Shown one piece after another: positions 37,283 to 47,006 of a stretch of 64,000 bases of DNA. Numbering within the stretch: the first letter of the stretch is position 1; the number at the start of each line of letters is the position of its first letter. The stretch lies in NCBI GenBank assembly GCA_049320885.1, contig JBMORA010000014.1, forward strand, positions 1 to 64,000, written 5' to 3'. A program made the position numbers and the translations under genes. The stretch is from Thermodesulfobacteriota bacterium. GTDB taxonomy: Bacteria; Desulfobacterota; Desulfobacteria; Desulfobacterales; SURF-7. Under the pieces are notes generated by a model. That model was not told the origin of the DNA and made no database searches. It worked only from the letters and a program-made list of their open reading frames with translations.

Positions 37283-38299
37283 ATGAAAATCGGAGTAATC
37301 GGAGCGGGAAGCTGGGGTACGGCCCTGGCCGATCTTTTGGCACGGAAAGGATTGAACACCACGTTGTGGGTTTATGAACCGGAGGTTCATGCACAGATCG
37401 AGGCGGAACGGGAAAACGGCGTGTTTCTGCCCGGTGTGAAGCTTTCGGAAAACCTGCGTTCGTCCAGTGATCTTACCTGTGTGGCTTCCGGAAAAGACCT
37501 CCTGGTCATGGTGGTTCCTTCCCATCTGGTGCGGGACATATCCGGCAGCATGGCCGGTGAGGTATCTCCGGAGACCCTGATCGTTTCGGCTTCCAAAGGG
37601 ATAGAGAACAAGACCCATTTAACCATGTCCGCTGTGCTGCGGGAAACGCTGGCGCATGTGCCCGCCAGGCAGATCACGGTGTTATCGGGTCCAAGCTTCG
37701 CCAAGGAAGTGGCCCGCAAAGTGCCGACCCTCGTGACCGTGGCAGGAGAAGATCTGGAAACGGCCGGACGCATCCAGCATATTTTTGCAACAGCCTATTT
37801 CAGGGTATACACCAACAACGATATGATCGGTGTCGAACTGGGGGGGGCTGTGAAAAATGTCATCGCCATTGCTTCCGGGATTGTCGACGGTTTGGGGTTG
37901 GGACTCAATACCAGGGCGGCTCTGATCACCAGGGGGCTTAGCGAAATCAGCCGATTGGGAATGAAAATGGGCGCCAATCCCCACACTTTCGCCGGCCTCG
38001 CGGGGGTGGGAGATCTGATGCTGACGTGCACCGGCGATCTGAGCCGCAATCACACGGTGGGGAAACAGATCGGCGCAGGCAAGACCCTGTCGGCGATTCT
38101 GGACGAGATGCGCATGGTGGCGGAGGGTGTCCGTACCGCGAAATCGGTTTACAACCTTTCCCGCAAGCTAGGTGTCGAAATGCCGATTTCGCACCAGGTG
38201 TATCATGTCTTGTATGAAAACCTGTCGCCGGCCGAGGCGGTCCATCGTTTGATGACCCGGGATCTGCGGCACGAACTGGATGATTACGGAATTGTTTGA
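37283..38299 (+). CDS. gpsA: NAD(P)H-dependent glycerol-3-phosphate dehydrogenase
   Basis: Motifs GAGSWGTALA, SKGIE, SGPSFAKEV, KNVIAI and GDL.LTCTGDLSRN. Confidence 0.96.
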   Translation: MKIGVIGAGSWGTALADLLARKGLNTTLWVYEPEVHAQIEAERENGVFLPGVKLSENLRSSSDLTCVASGKDLLVMVVPSHLVRDISGSMAGEVSPETLIVSASKGIENKTHLTMSAVLRETLAHVPARQITVLSGPSFAKEVARKVPTLVTVAGEDLETAGRIQHIFATAYFRVYTNNDMIGVELGGAVKNVIAIASGIVDGLGLGLNTRAALITRGLSEISRLGMKMGANPHTFAGLAGVGDLMLTCTGDLSRNHTVGKQIGAGKTLSAILDEMRMVAEGVRTAKSVYNLSRKLGVEMPISHQVYHVLYENLSPAEAVHRLMTRDLRHELDDYGIV

Positions 38300-38329
38300 G
38301 ACCAAAGCCGATGGGTGAGGCCAAACTCG

Positions 38330-39034
38330 ATGGAAAATTCAGGCGCTCACAAGGGGGAAGGACACCGCCGGCGGTTGCGGGAAAAGTTTTTATCTTCCGG
38401 ACTGTCGGGATTTCACGATTATGAAGTCATCGAGTTGTTGTTGAGCCTTGCCACGCCGCGAAAAGACTGCAAGGGTCCGGCCAAGGAGGTGCTTGGTAAA
38501 TTCGGAACGCTTCCGGCCGTTCTGGAGTCTTCCTCCCGGGAATTATGTGAAATACCGGGGATCGGCCCCAAAAATGTATTCGGACTGAAGTTGATCAAGG
38601 CCGTTGCGGATCGATATCTGGAGCGAAAGGTCTCCGGCCGGGATGTGATCCATCATTCCAGGGAGCTGTATGAATACCTGCTGATTCATTACGGCTCCAG
38701 AAGGCGGGAATGTTTTGTGGTTGTTTTTCTGGACGCCAAAAACCGCGTGATGGGCATGGAAACCCTGTTTGAGGGCACGTTAACCGCTAGTTCGGTGTAT
38801 CCGCGGGAAGTTGTCCGGGCAGCCCTGGAGCGCAACGCCGCCGCTCTTATTTTCGCCCACAATCATCCTTCGGGAGATCCGGCGCCTTCCGCGGAGGATA
38901 TGGCGGTGACCCGCCGGCTGGTATCTGCCTGCCGGGTGGTGGGTCTGACGGTTCATGAGCATATCATCGTGGGCGACAACTGCTATTTCAGTTTCGCGGA
39001 TCATGGCCATATGGAGCGTCTCAATCGTGAATAG
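38330..39034 (+). CDS. radC: RadC family JAB-domain protein (full-length, HhH plus JAB)
   Basis: Motifs GHRRRLREKF, PGIGP, VYPREV, HNHPSG...PSAED and HEHII. Confidence 0.92.
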   Translation: MENSGAHKGEGHRRRLREKFLSSGLSGFHDYEVIELLLSLATPRKDCKGPAKEVLGKFGTLPAVLESSSRELCEIPGIGPKNVFGLKLIKAVADRYLERKVSGRDVIHHSRELYEYLLIHYGSRRRECFVVVFLDAKNRVMGMETLFEGTLTASSVYPREVVRAALERNAAALIFAHNHPSGDPAPSAEDMAVTRRLVSACRVVGLTVHEHIIVGDNCYFSFADHGHMERLNRE

Positions 39035-39151
39035 GAAGCCCGGCAGCGGTCCGTCCATGGCGACCCGGGGGAATCAGAATTTGCATCGATGCCGGGGCGG
39101 AAGTGAACCGAACGGTTCGGGGGAAACAAGCCTGGTGAAAGCGGGTGATGG

Positions 39152-39481
39152 ATGATCGATCGGAATGCTGACCGCCCCGCCTGTTTCGGCAAACTGGAGG
39201 AGGTTTTTCCCCTGGGAAAAGACGGCCTGCGGCATTCCCCGGAATTTTGCATGCTGTGCCATTGCAAAACGGAATGCCTGCGCAGCGCCTTGGCGGGTCC
39301 CGAGGGTTTGAGGACCAGAGACGAGATGACGGATAAAGCCTATGCGGCCGGCGCCATCGGTTTTTGGGAAAGATGGTCACGGCGGAAGGCCTCGCATCGA
39401 AAAAAAATGCAACAGAATCGGGACGGCGGTCATGAACGCCGAAGCGGTGACGATCCCGCAACCCAAGGAGGACGGAAATGA
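39152..39481 (+). CDS. Small Cys-rich hypothetical protein
   Basis: Cys pattern CFG...CMLCHCKTEC. Its stop overlaps the pgk start (ATGA). Confidence 0.65.
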   Translation: MIDRNADRPACFGKLEEVFPLGKDGLRHSPEFCMLCHCKTECLRSALAGPEGLRTRDEMTDKAYAAGAIGFWERWSRRKASHRKKMQQNRDGGHERRSGDDPATQGGRK

Positions 39482-40674
39482 CGAAATTGTTTGTGGAAGA
39501 TATGGCGCTCGCGGGAAAAAGAGTTCTCATGCGGGTGGATTTCAATGTCCCTCTACAGAACGGCAAGGTGACCGATGACAATCGCATCCGCGCGGCCCTG
39601 CCCACCATCCGTTATATTCTGGATCAACGCGGCCGGCTGGTGCTCATGTCGCATCTTGGTCGGCCCAAAGGAAAGCGTGTTGCGGAAATGTCCTTGAAAC
39701 CGTGCGCCGCGGTACTCGCGGGACTGCTTGGAAAACATGTCGCCTTCGTGGAAGATTGCGTCGGATCGGAGGTGGAGACCGCCGTGGGGAGCCTCGGCGA
39801 GGGCGAGGTCCTGCTCCTGGAGAACCTTCGTTTTTACAATGCCGAAACCGACAACGAGGATGACTTTGCCGCCCGTCTGGCGCGCCTGGGGGATGTTTAT
39901 GTCAATGATGCCTTCGGCACCGCCCATCGCGCGCACGCATCCACGGAGGGGGTAACCCGTCACATCCGCCAATGCGCTGCAGGGTACCTGCTGAAAAAAG
40001 AGATCGATTATCTGGGGAAAGTACTGCGCAATCCGGAGAGTCCTTTCGTCGCGGTGCTGGGCGGCGCCAAGATATCCGGAAAGATCGACGTGATCGACAG
40101 CCTGCTGCCCAAAGTGGACCGGTTGATCATCGGCGGGGGGATGTCCTTCACTTTTTTCAAGGCCATGGGAATGGAGATCGGGCGCTCCTTGCTGGAAGAG
40201 GACAAAATCGATCTCGCGAAGTCGCTGCTGGAAAAAGGAAAATCCAAGATCATTCTGCCGTTGGACTGCATGGTGTCGGAACAGGTGGATTTCAAACAGC
40301 GGACCGTGGGTCCTTTGAAGGCCGTTCCCTTCAACCGCATGCCGGCGGAAGGATACGGCCTTGATATCGGTCCGGAGACCATCCGGCGTTTTGCGGAGAT
40401 CGTCAATGAGGCCAAAACGGTATTGTGGAACGGCCCCATGGGGGTTTTCGAGATCGAGGAAACAGCCCGCGGCACCTATGCCATCGCCAACGCCCTTGCC
40501 GACAGCACCAAAAAGGGAGCCATCACGGTGATCGGCGGCGGCGATTCGGCAGCGGCGGTGGAAAAAGCGGGCATGGCGGCGGCGGTTTCACACGTTTCCA
40601 CCGGCGGCGGCGCTTCGCTGGAGTTTCTGGAAGGCAAGGTTCTCCCCGGAGTCGCGGCTCTGACGGATAAATAA
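39478..40674 (+). CDS. pgk: Phosphoglycerate kinase
   Basis: Motifs RVDFNVP, SHLGRP, NDAFGTAHRAH, WNGPMGVFE and STGGGASLEFLEG. Confidence 0.98.
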   Translation: MTKLFVEDMALAGKRVLMRVDFNVPLQNGKVTDDNRIRAALPTIRYILDQRGRLVLMSHLGRPKGKRVAEMSLKPCAAVLAGLLGKHVAFVEDCVGSEVETAVGSLGEGEVLLLENLRFYNAETDNEDDFAARLARLGDVYVNDAFGTAHRAHASTEGVTRHIRQCAAGYLLKKEIDYLGKVLRNPESPFVAVLGGAKISGKIDVIDSLLPKVDRLIIGGGMSFTFFKAMGMEIGRSLLEEDKIDLAKSLLEKGKSKIILPLDCMVSEQVDFKQRTVGPLKAVPFNRMPAEGYGLDIGPETIRRFAEIVNEAKTVLWNGPMGVFEIEETARGTYAIANALADSTKKGAITVIGGGDSAAAVEKAGMAAAVSHVSTGGGASLEFLEGKVLPGVAALTDK

Positions 40675-40724
40675 GCGGAGATGGGCCGAAGGGAAAAACG
40701 GATCAAGGAAGGGGTGCCCCACGG

Positions 40725-41492
40725 ATGACCGGGTGGCGGTCGCGCAAATCCGGATGCTCGGGAAGGATTCCCGTCTTCACCATGATTCTGATGCTGTCCA
40801 CCCTGGCTGTAACCGCCGGCTTGGCATATCGCTATGGTGACGCGGCAGGCACCGCCCTTTCACGAGGATACACGGCATTGACGGATCAAAACAAGATCCG
40901 GGAAGTGGTTCTTTCCTTCGGCCCCAACGCCCCGCTGATGTTTATCGCTCTCCAGATTCTGCAAGTGTTGATTGCGCCTCTGCCGGGGGAGGCGACCGGC
41001 TTCATCGGCGGATATCTGTTCGGTTACCTGCCGGGTTTTCTGTATTCCACCATCGGGTTGACGGTGGGTTCCTTCGCCAATTTTTTTCTCGGCAGGTTTC
41101 TCGGCAACCGTCTGGTCCGCCGGCTGATACCGGAAGGTCCGCTGGGTAAATTCGAGGTTCTTCTCAAAAAACAGGGATTTCTTATTGTTTTTATTCTTTT
41201 TTTATTTCCAGGCTTCCCCAAGGACTATCTCTGCTTGTTTCTCGGCATGACCCGTCTTCCCCTGAAAGCCTTTGCCGTGATTTCCACTGTCGGGCGAGTG
41301 CCGGGAACGCTGCTGCTGAGTCTTCAAGGAGCGTTCCTTCAGGAACGCATGGTCGGTCGTTTTGTCCTTTTTTTTGGTATCTGTTTTTTACTGATTCTGA
41401 TTTCCTACCGGTACCGGCAAGCCCTGTATCGTTGGATGGAAAAAATGAATCACACCGGCGGCGATAACGCCGTTGACGATTCCATAAAATAA
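40725..41492 (+). CDS. TVP38/TMEM64 (DedA/VTT) membrane protein
   Basis: Motifs LQVLIAPLPGE, GGYLFG, FLFPGFPKD and GRVPG. Confidence 0.88.
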   Translation: MTGWRSRKSGCSGRIPVFTMILMLSTLAVTAGLAYRYGDAAGTALSRGYTALTDQNKIREVVLSFGPNAPLMFIALQILQVLIAPLPGEATGFIGGYLFGYLPGFLYSTIGLTVGSFANFFLGRFLGNRLVRRLIPEGPLGKFEVLLKKQGFLIVFILFLFPGFPKDYLCLFLGMTRLPLKAFAVISTVGRVPGTLLLSLQGAFLQERMVGRFVLFFGICFLLILISYRYRQALYRWMEKMNHTGGDNAVDDSIK

Positions 41493-41557
41493 TGGTATCA
41501 ACCGAAATATTGAGGAATCCAGGTGGTTAGCCGACGACGGAGACGGGGGGAAACGTA

Positions 41558-42634
41558 TTGAGCTACTGGAATTACAGGGAAGAGCTGAGCGCCCAGAATC
41601 GGCTGCGCCGTTCCTATTATGAATTGCTGAGAGACGAACTGGATCAGTTCATACTCCAATACGCCCTGATCGATTCCTACCAACGATTCATGAACAACGG
41701 TTTGCCGTATCCGTTTGTGGAACGCCGGGAATTGAAACCGCGTGCCCGCATCCCCAATGTGGAATACAAGCAACAGAACGCAATGCTGGTCATTTTCATG
41801 GAAGACGCCATACCGGAAATTCATAAAAAATACATCCGCTTTTTCGACGACAACAAAACCACCAAAACCAACCTGCTGCGCTCTAAAAGCCTGTTTCTGG
41901 ACAAACAGTTCGATCGCAACCAGAAATACCTGGACTCCGTGCATTTCGTCAATTTCCTGAAAGCGCTGCTGCCGGTGGACTACGCCCTGCTGATTCAGCG
42001 GGACCCCACCAGTCACGCAAGAAACCGCTATGCCCTGTCCCACTACCATGTCCGGGTCGACTGGCCCATCGCGGATGCAGCGGAGGATCTGGCAAGGAGC
42101 CTGCGGTATATCTCCAAGGATATTTACGAAAAAGGAGACAAATACGCCGAGGATATCCAGAAAAAGCTGTTCGAATATTATGGAATGCCGGTGATGGTCG
42201 GCGGACGGCGAACGGCGGCCATTGTCGCTTCCCAGTACCTGAGAAGACTGCCGTGCCTGACGACCGTCTATGCCAACAGCAGCGAAGCCCGCGCGCTGAT
42301 ACGCATTTCCGAGCGAGGAGTTTCCAAGGTGATCCTGATCAAATTCAATCCCGACGAAATCTCCCAGATAGCCAATACGCACCAGATTTCCCTGCGTTCC
42401 TTCAACATGAACTATGTCGTTGCAAGTGAGCCCCGGGAAGATAAGCAGAAGGATTCCGTCTGTCTATTCCAGGCGACCTATGCATATACCGACCATGCAC
42501 GGCCGCCGGATGATGGAAAGTTGAGGGAGATCAAGCCGGATCCCTATTGGCTGACCGTGGGCGGGCAGCATATTCTACCCAAGCCTGGGGTTTGGAAACA
42601 CGCCCCGCTGTCCCTCAATCTGATCTATTCTTGA
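41558..42634 (+). CDS. Hypothetical soluble protein (358 aa)
   Basis: Long ORF with host-like codon usage and a TTG start after a G-rich SD. No recognised motif. Confidence 0.75.
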   Translation: MSYWNYREELSAQNRLRRSYYELLRDELDQFILQYALIDSYQRFMNNGLPYPFVERRELKPRARIPNVEYKQQNAMLVIFMEDAIPEIHKKYIRFFDDNKTTKTNLLRSKSLFLDKQFDRNQKYLDSVHFVNFLKALLPVDYALLIQRDPTSHARNRYALSHYHVRVDWPIADAAEDLARSLRYISKDIYEKGDKYAEDIQKKLFEYYGMPVMVGGRRTAAIVASQYLRRLPCLTTVYANSSEARALIRISERGVSKVILIKFNPDEISQIANTHQISLRSFNMNYVVASEPREDKQKDSVCLFQATYAYTDHARPPDDGKLREIKPDPYWLTVGGQHILPKPGVWKHAPLSLNLIYS

Positions 42635-42700
42635 TTTGTTATGATCCGGATTTTTAGGGTTCTGATGGATCTGGACGAGCCTGCCAGGATGCGGAGGTAT

Positions 42701-43174
42701 TTATATTCCAGGTTCCTGGTCAAGGGCTTTCATCATGGCGATTTCATCGCAGTCCGGAAATTTCACGCAGATGATACAATCCGCCCATATCTTCAGCGGC
42801 AGTTCGGCGCGGTCCACGATGTCGAATCCCTGCTTTTGAAAAAAAACCGGTTGGTAGGTCAAGGTGAACACTTTTTTAACCTGGAATGACCGCGCTTCCT
42901 GAAGTGCGTTTTCAACCAGCAGACGTCCGACTCCCTTGCGCCAATAGCTGGTCCGGACGGCCAGGGAACGGATTTCCGCCAGGTCTTCCCAGCAGAATTG
43001 CAAGGCGCAGCAACCGGCGACGAGATTTTTTTCCGGATCGATGAACACGGAAAAATCCCGGACATGGTCGTACAGCTGACTCAAGGGACGAGAAATCAGC
43101 AATCCCTGACGACCATAGTCGGCCAGCATTCCGTGAATGATTTTCATGTCCTGCATCGTTGCCTTGCGGATCAT
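42701..43174 (-). CDS. GNAT acetyltransferase, short N-acetylglutamate synthase (ArgA-like)
   Basis: Motifs MIRKA, LAEIRSLAV, GVGR.LV, FTLTYQ..FF.K.GF and LP.KIW.DC..C. SD AAGGAG. Confidence 0.85.
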   Translation of the reverse strand: MIRKATMQDMKIIHGMLADYGRQGLLISRPLSQLYDHVRDFSVFIDPEKNLVAGCCALQFCWEDLAEIRSLAVRTSYWRKGVGRLLVENALQEARSFQVKKVFTLTYQPVFFQKQGFDIVDRAELPLKIWADCIICVKFPDCDEIAMMKALDQEPGI

Positions 43175-43211
43175 TGCCCGGAAACTCCTTGATAGAGATA
43201 ATTCTCCGGTT

Positions 43212-43622
43212 TCACAGCACTGGAGAATCATCCGGCGAAAAGGGAATCCTTGCCAACAACTCTTCGATCCGGGTCCAATGGGAGCCGGGCAAACCTTCAA
43301 ATGCGAGTGCCCGCTTGCGGATCCATTTTTTGCCCGGCAGCTCGGCCACCTTCCGGTCAAAGATCATGCGAACGGAAAAGTCCTCAAGCGCAATCTCGCC
43401 CCGGGCGGTGACCAGGTCCAGGGTGGAGTGGTCCAGGGCGCGATGGTTGTTTTCGATGTAGTGGATGGCAAGGCCGCCCATGCTGATATCGATCAATGGT
43501 CCCAGTTTCACAAGTTGCGGTTTCGCCAGATTCAAAAATCGCGGTTTTTTCACCGCTGCATACAGCCCTGCCCTGACAGGGATGCGCCGATGTTGTCGAC
43601 GCTCAAGAGAATGCAACTCCAT
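43212..43622 (-). CDS. Stand-alone PilZ domain protein (c-di-GMP receptor)
   Basis: RxxxR motif (ERRQHRR) and DxSxxG motif (DISMGG). Confidence 0.8.
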   Translation of the reverse strand: MELHSLERRQHRRIPVRAGLYAAVKKPRFLNLAKPQLVKLGPLIDISMGGLAIHYIENNHRALDHSTLDLVTARGEIALEDFSVRMIFDRKVAELPGKKWIRKRALAFEGLPGSHWTRIEELLARIPFSPDDSPVL

Positions 43623-43820
43623 TTCCGTCTCCCCTTCTTCTTCATCCGTCCAGATTCCGCGCGAAAATTGAATCTTTCTTAGCACAGCCGCCCGCGGCTT
43701 ACAATATGTCTTCGAAGCGATTTCGAATCTTCCCCGTGCGCACAATCCTTTTATTTAATTTCCATTGAGGCCGGCACCGAACTCTGATAGAAAATCATAG
43801 CCATTCAAGGAGGACGGGGA

Positions 43821-44492
43821 ATGACACGCGACGACATATCCGCGGCCCTGGATCGTCTCTATCAGATCTATGAGGACCGTGTCTCCGCAGGCGTACCTGC
43901 GGTGTGCCGACCGGGCTGTTGCACCTGCTGCACACGCAACGTAATCCTGACCTCCCTGGAGGGATACCGGTTGATATCCTATCTTTCCCGGATCGGGAGG
44001 CCGGAGCTTCTTCAAAAAGTGAGGGCGGAAGCCGGCAGAGGTCGTTTCATCCCTTCGCTCACCACCAACCAGATAGCCGCGTTGTGCGCCGGAGGCATGG
44101 AAATTCCGGAGGAATCCATGGATTCTTCCCACGGCAGCTGTCCGCTGCTGGAAGACGGATTGTGTACGGTTTATCCTGCCCGTCCCTTCGGCTGTCGCTG
44201 CATGCTCTCGCTCTCTTCCTGCGAGGAGAAGGGTTTCGCGGAAGTGGACGATTATCTGCTTACGGTCAACCAGGTCTTTCTTCAAACCATCGAGCATCTG
44301 GATGCCGGCGGATATACCGCCAATCTGACGGATATGTTGCTGCATCTGTCCCGCCGGGCGGAAGGTTCGGCGGGAGACCTGGCAGGACGGGTCGCCAATA
44401 TGCCGATACCCGTGCTGATGATTCCACCGGAACACCGTGAAAGAATCCGGCCGATTCTCGAAGCCATTTACTCCATCCGGGTCGGCGACTGA
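43821..44492 (+). CDS. YkgJ family CxxCxxCC cysteine-cluster protein
   Basis: Motifs CRPGCCTCC and CPLLEDGLCTVYPARPFGCR. SD AGGAGG. Confidence 0.83.
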   Translation: MTRDDISAALDRLYQIYEDRVSAGVPAVCRPGCCTCCTRNVILTSLEGYRLISYLSRIGRPELLQKVRAEAGRGRFIPSLTTNQIAALCAGGMEIPEESMDSSHGSCPLLEDGLCTVYPARPFGCRCMLSLSSCEEKGFAEVDDYLLTVNQVFLQTIEHLDAGGYTANLTDMLLHLSRRAEGSAGDLAGRVANMPIPVLMIPPEHRERIRPILEAIYSIRVGD

Positions 44493-44553
44493 CCATCCGG
44501 GGAAACCGGGCAATCCTCTTTAGCAGGCAACATTGCGGGGATGCCGCTGCTGG

Positions 44554-44581
44554 TTGACAAACAGGAAAACAGTCTTAGTTT
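44554..44581 (+). promoter_or_regulatory. sigma70-type promoter
   Basis: TTGACA-N16-TAGTTT upstream of the zinc-ribbon gene. Confidence 0.45.
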
Positions 44582-44694
44582 GGAGGCATTGGCAAAGCGG
44601 CCTTGTTTCAGAAGACGCGGTCTCTGGGCCAAGCCTGTGGGCGGTGGCAACAAAACGCCAGCTGTGCAAATCAGGAATATGAATGGAGCATGTC

Positions 44695-45372
44695 ATGACC
44701 TTTGAAACCAAGGAACAGGTTCTGGAAAGAATTTTACAACAGGATAAACCCCGATGTCCGTATTGCAAGGAAGAAATGCAGCTCTGGGAAGTGCCCGATA
44801 TTGCCGTGGGCGATGGGCTGGGTTGGGGAACTCCGTATTTGTATATCTGCTTCAACGAATCCTGTTCACTGTATTGCCAGGGGTGGGACAACGTCCGCAA
44901 CAACTGGTCCCATAACGCTTCTTACCGGTGCATGTGCTATCCCGGCACCGAACAGTTCGAATGTATTCCTGTTTTCAGTCCGGATGGCGGCAAGGGCCAG
45001 GTGATCGACGACAAGGTCTTGTCGGCCCAAGAGGACCTGAAGGAAGCCATCAAAAGAGGCTTCTCCATTCTGGCGGATTTGTATGTATCCAAGGACTGGC
45101 TGGAAACCCTCCGAATCCTGGCCGACGGCAGCGAGCCGACCCGGGTGCGGCTGAAAGCCGCGGAAATGATGGGTGACTTTGGGGAATTGGAGGCCGTCGA
45201 ACCCCTGCGCAGTTACAAGTTCGGCAATCAGAAGCTGGCAGAAAAGGTCGACGCCGCGGTTCAGAAGATCCATGAGCGCTATTTTACACGGGAATGCCCT
45301 TTCTGTGCAGAAGTGATCAAGCGGCGCGCAAAAGTGTGCAAGCATTGCGGCAAGGAAGTGGCCGGAGAATAG
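44695..45372 (+). CDS. Zinc-ribbon/HEAT-like repeat protein
   Basis: N-terminal CPYC...CFNESC, helical RLKAAEMMG..GELEAVEPL segment, and C-terminal CPFCAE...CKHCG. Confidence 0.78.
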   Translation: MTFETKEQVLERILQQDKPRCPYCKEEMQLWEVPDIAVGDGLGWGTPYLYICFNESCSLYCQGWDNVRNNWSHNASYRCMCYPGTEQFECIPVFSPDGGKGQVIDDKVLSAQEDLKEAIKRGFSILADLYVSKDWLETLRILADGSEPTRVRLKAAEMMGDFGELEAVEPLRSYKFGNQKLAEKVDAAVQKIHERYFTRECPFCAEVIKRRAKVCKHCGKEVAGE

Positions 45373-45451
45373 CGTCGGTTTCGGGTTCGTTTTTTGACGC
45401 AACGACTTCAAGCCCGCGAAAAACCGAAAGCCGCCTTTCCGCGGGCAAGGC

Positions 45452-46996
45452 TTATCCGATCAGCAGGGAAGTTCCCGTCATTTTCTCCGGCTTGGAAATT
45501 CCCATGATTTCTAGGATCGTGGGGGCGATGTCGCCAAGCACTCCTTTCCGCAACCGGGCGTTGCGGCGGCTGTCATCCACCAGAATCAGCGGCACCGGGT
45601 TCAAGGTATGGGCCGTATGCGGATGGCCGTTGTCATCGATCATTTTTTCAGCGTTGCCGTGATCGGCGGTGACCAGCAGTTTGCCACCCCGGACCAGTAT
45701 TTCCCCGGCTATTTCCCGGACGCAATCGTCCACAGTTCGAACCGCCTGGATCGCCGCCTCCAAGATGCCGGTGTGTCCCACCATATCCATGTTGGCGAAA
45801 TTCATGACAATCAAGTCGTATTTTTCAGACCGGATTCTGTTCAGAACTTCCCGGGTGACTTCCCGGGCGCTCATTTCCGGCTTCTGGTCATAGGTGGATA
45901 CTTCCCGGGGCGAGGGAATCAGGCAGCGATCCTCGCCGGGAAAGGGTTTTTCCTCGCCGCCGTTGAAAAAATAGGTTACATGCGCATATTTCTCGGTTTC
46001 CGCGATGCGCAACTGGGCCAGCCCGTTTTGGCTGATCACTTCACCAAGGATGTCATTCAGTTGAACCGGCGGAAACGCCATGGGCAGTGAAAACTTTTCA
46101 TCATAGAGGGTCATGCAGACGAAGGCGGACAGCTCCGGCCGGCTGCCGCGGGGAAAGAAGGTGAAATCGGGGGACGTGAAAGCCCGGGTGATCTGGCGGA
46201 CCCGGTCGGCACGGAAATTGAAAAAAAGGACCGCATCGCCGTCAGACACGGTGCCCAGGGCGTTTCCATCGTTGTCCGTCAGGACGATGGGTTTTACGAA
46301 TTCATCGGTTTCACCCCGGCCGTATGCGTTACGAACCGCCTGAACCGGATCCGTTTCCCGGAGTCCCTCGGCCTCCGTATACAAGAGAAAGGCTTTCTGG
46401 GTCCGATCCCAGCGGGTGTCTCGATCCATGGCGTAATACCTGCCGCAGATGGTGGCGATGGTTCCGATTCGTCGGCGGTGAACGAAGGCTGTCAGTTGTT
46501 CCAGGAACCCTGCCCCGCTGTCCGGCGGCGTATCCCGGCCGTCGAGGATGGCATGAACATAGACGCGTTCGATGTCATTGCGGGTGGCGAGTTCCAGCAG
46601 GGCCGTTACATGGGTCAGCTGGCTGTGAACGCCGCCATCGGATACCAGTCCGATCAGGTGCAGGGATTTTCCGGTATTCCGGACGGATGCCATGGCCTGG
46701 TTCAGGACCTGGTTTTCAAAGAAGGAGCCGTCCTGGATGGAACGGTCGATGCGCAACAGCTCCTGGTACACGATCCGGCCGGCGCCGATGTTGAGGTGAC
46801 CGACCTCGGAATTCCCCATAATTCCCTTGGGCAGTCCCACGGCTTCTCCGCAACAGATCAGTTCCGTAGCCGGATAGGTCCTCATCAGCTCGTTCAGAAA
46901 ATGGGTGGGGGCCGCCTTCACGGCATTGCCCTTGACATCGGGGTTGATTCCCCAGCCATCCAGAATCATCAGCAGGCAAGGTTGTTGACGGGACAT
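45452..46996 (-). CDS. gpmI: 2,3-bisphosphoglycerate-independent phosphoglycerate mutase
   Basis: Motifs ILDGWG, MGNSEVGH, GRYYAMDRD, AETEKYAHVT and TADHGNAE. Confidence 0.97.
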   Translation of the reverse strand: MSRQQPCLLMILDGWGINPDVKGNAVKAAPTHFLNELMRTYPATELICCGEAVGLPKGIMGNSEVGHLNIGAGRIVYQELLRIDRSIQDGSFFENQVLNQAMASVRNTGKSLHLIGLVSDGGVHSQLTHVTALLELATRNDIERVYVHAILDGRDTPPDSGAGFLEQLTAFVHRRRIGTIATICGRYYAMDRDTRWDRTQKAFLLYTEAEGLRETDPVQAVRNAYGRGETDEFVKPIVLTDNDGNALGTVSDGDAVLFFNFRADRVRQITRAFTSPDFTFFPRGSRPELSAFVCMTLYDEKFSLPMAFPPVQLNDILGEVISQNGLAQLRIAETEKYAHVTYFFNGGEEKPFPGEDRCLIPSPREVSTYDQKPEMSAREVTREVLNRIRSEKYDLIVMNFANMDMVGHTGILEAAIQAVRTVDDCVREIAGEILVRGGKLLVTADHGNAEKMIDDNGHPHTAHTLNPVPLILVDDSRRNARLRKGVLGDIAPTILEIMGISKPEKMTGTSLLIG

Positions 46997-47006
46997 CGCA
47001 TTCACC

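Noticed and set aside
38330..39034. radC as a marker of a mobile element
   Set aside because: It is the full-length chromosomal type among housekeeping genes, with no integrase, att site or repeats nearby.
44590..44680. Possible c-di-GMP-I riboswitch (GGCAAA) near the PilZ gene
   Set aside because: It lacks the GNRA tetraloop/receptor and the second conserved stem, so the resemblance is only superficial.
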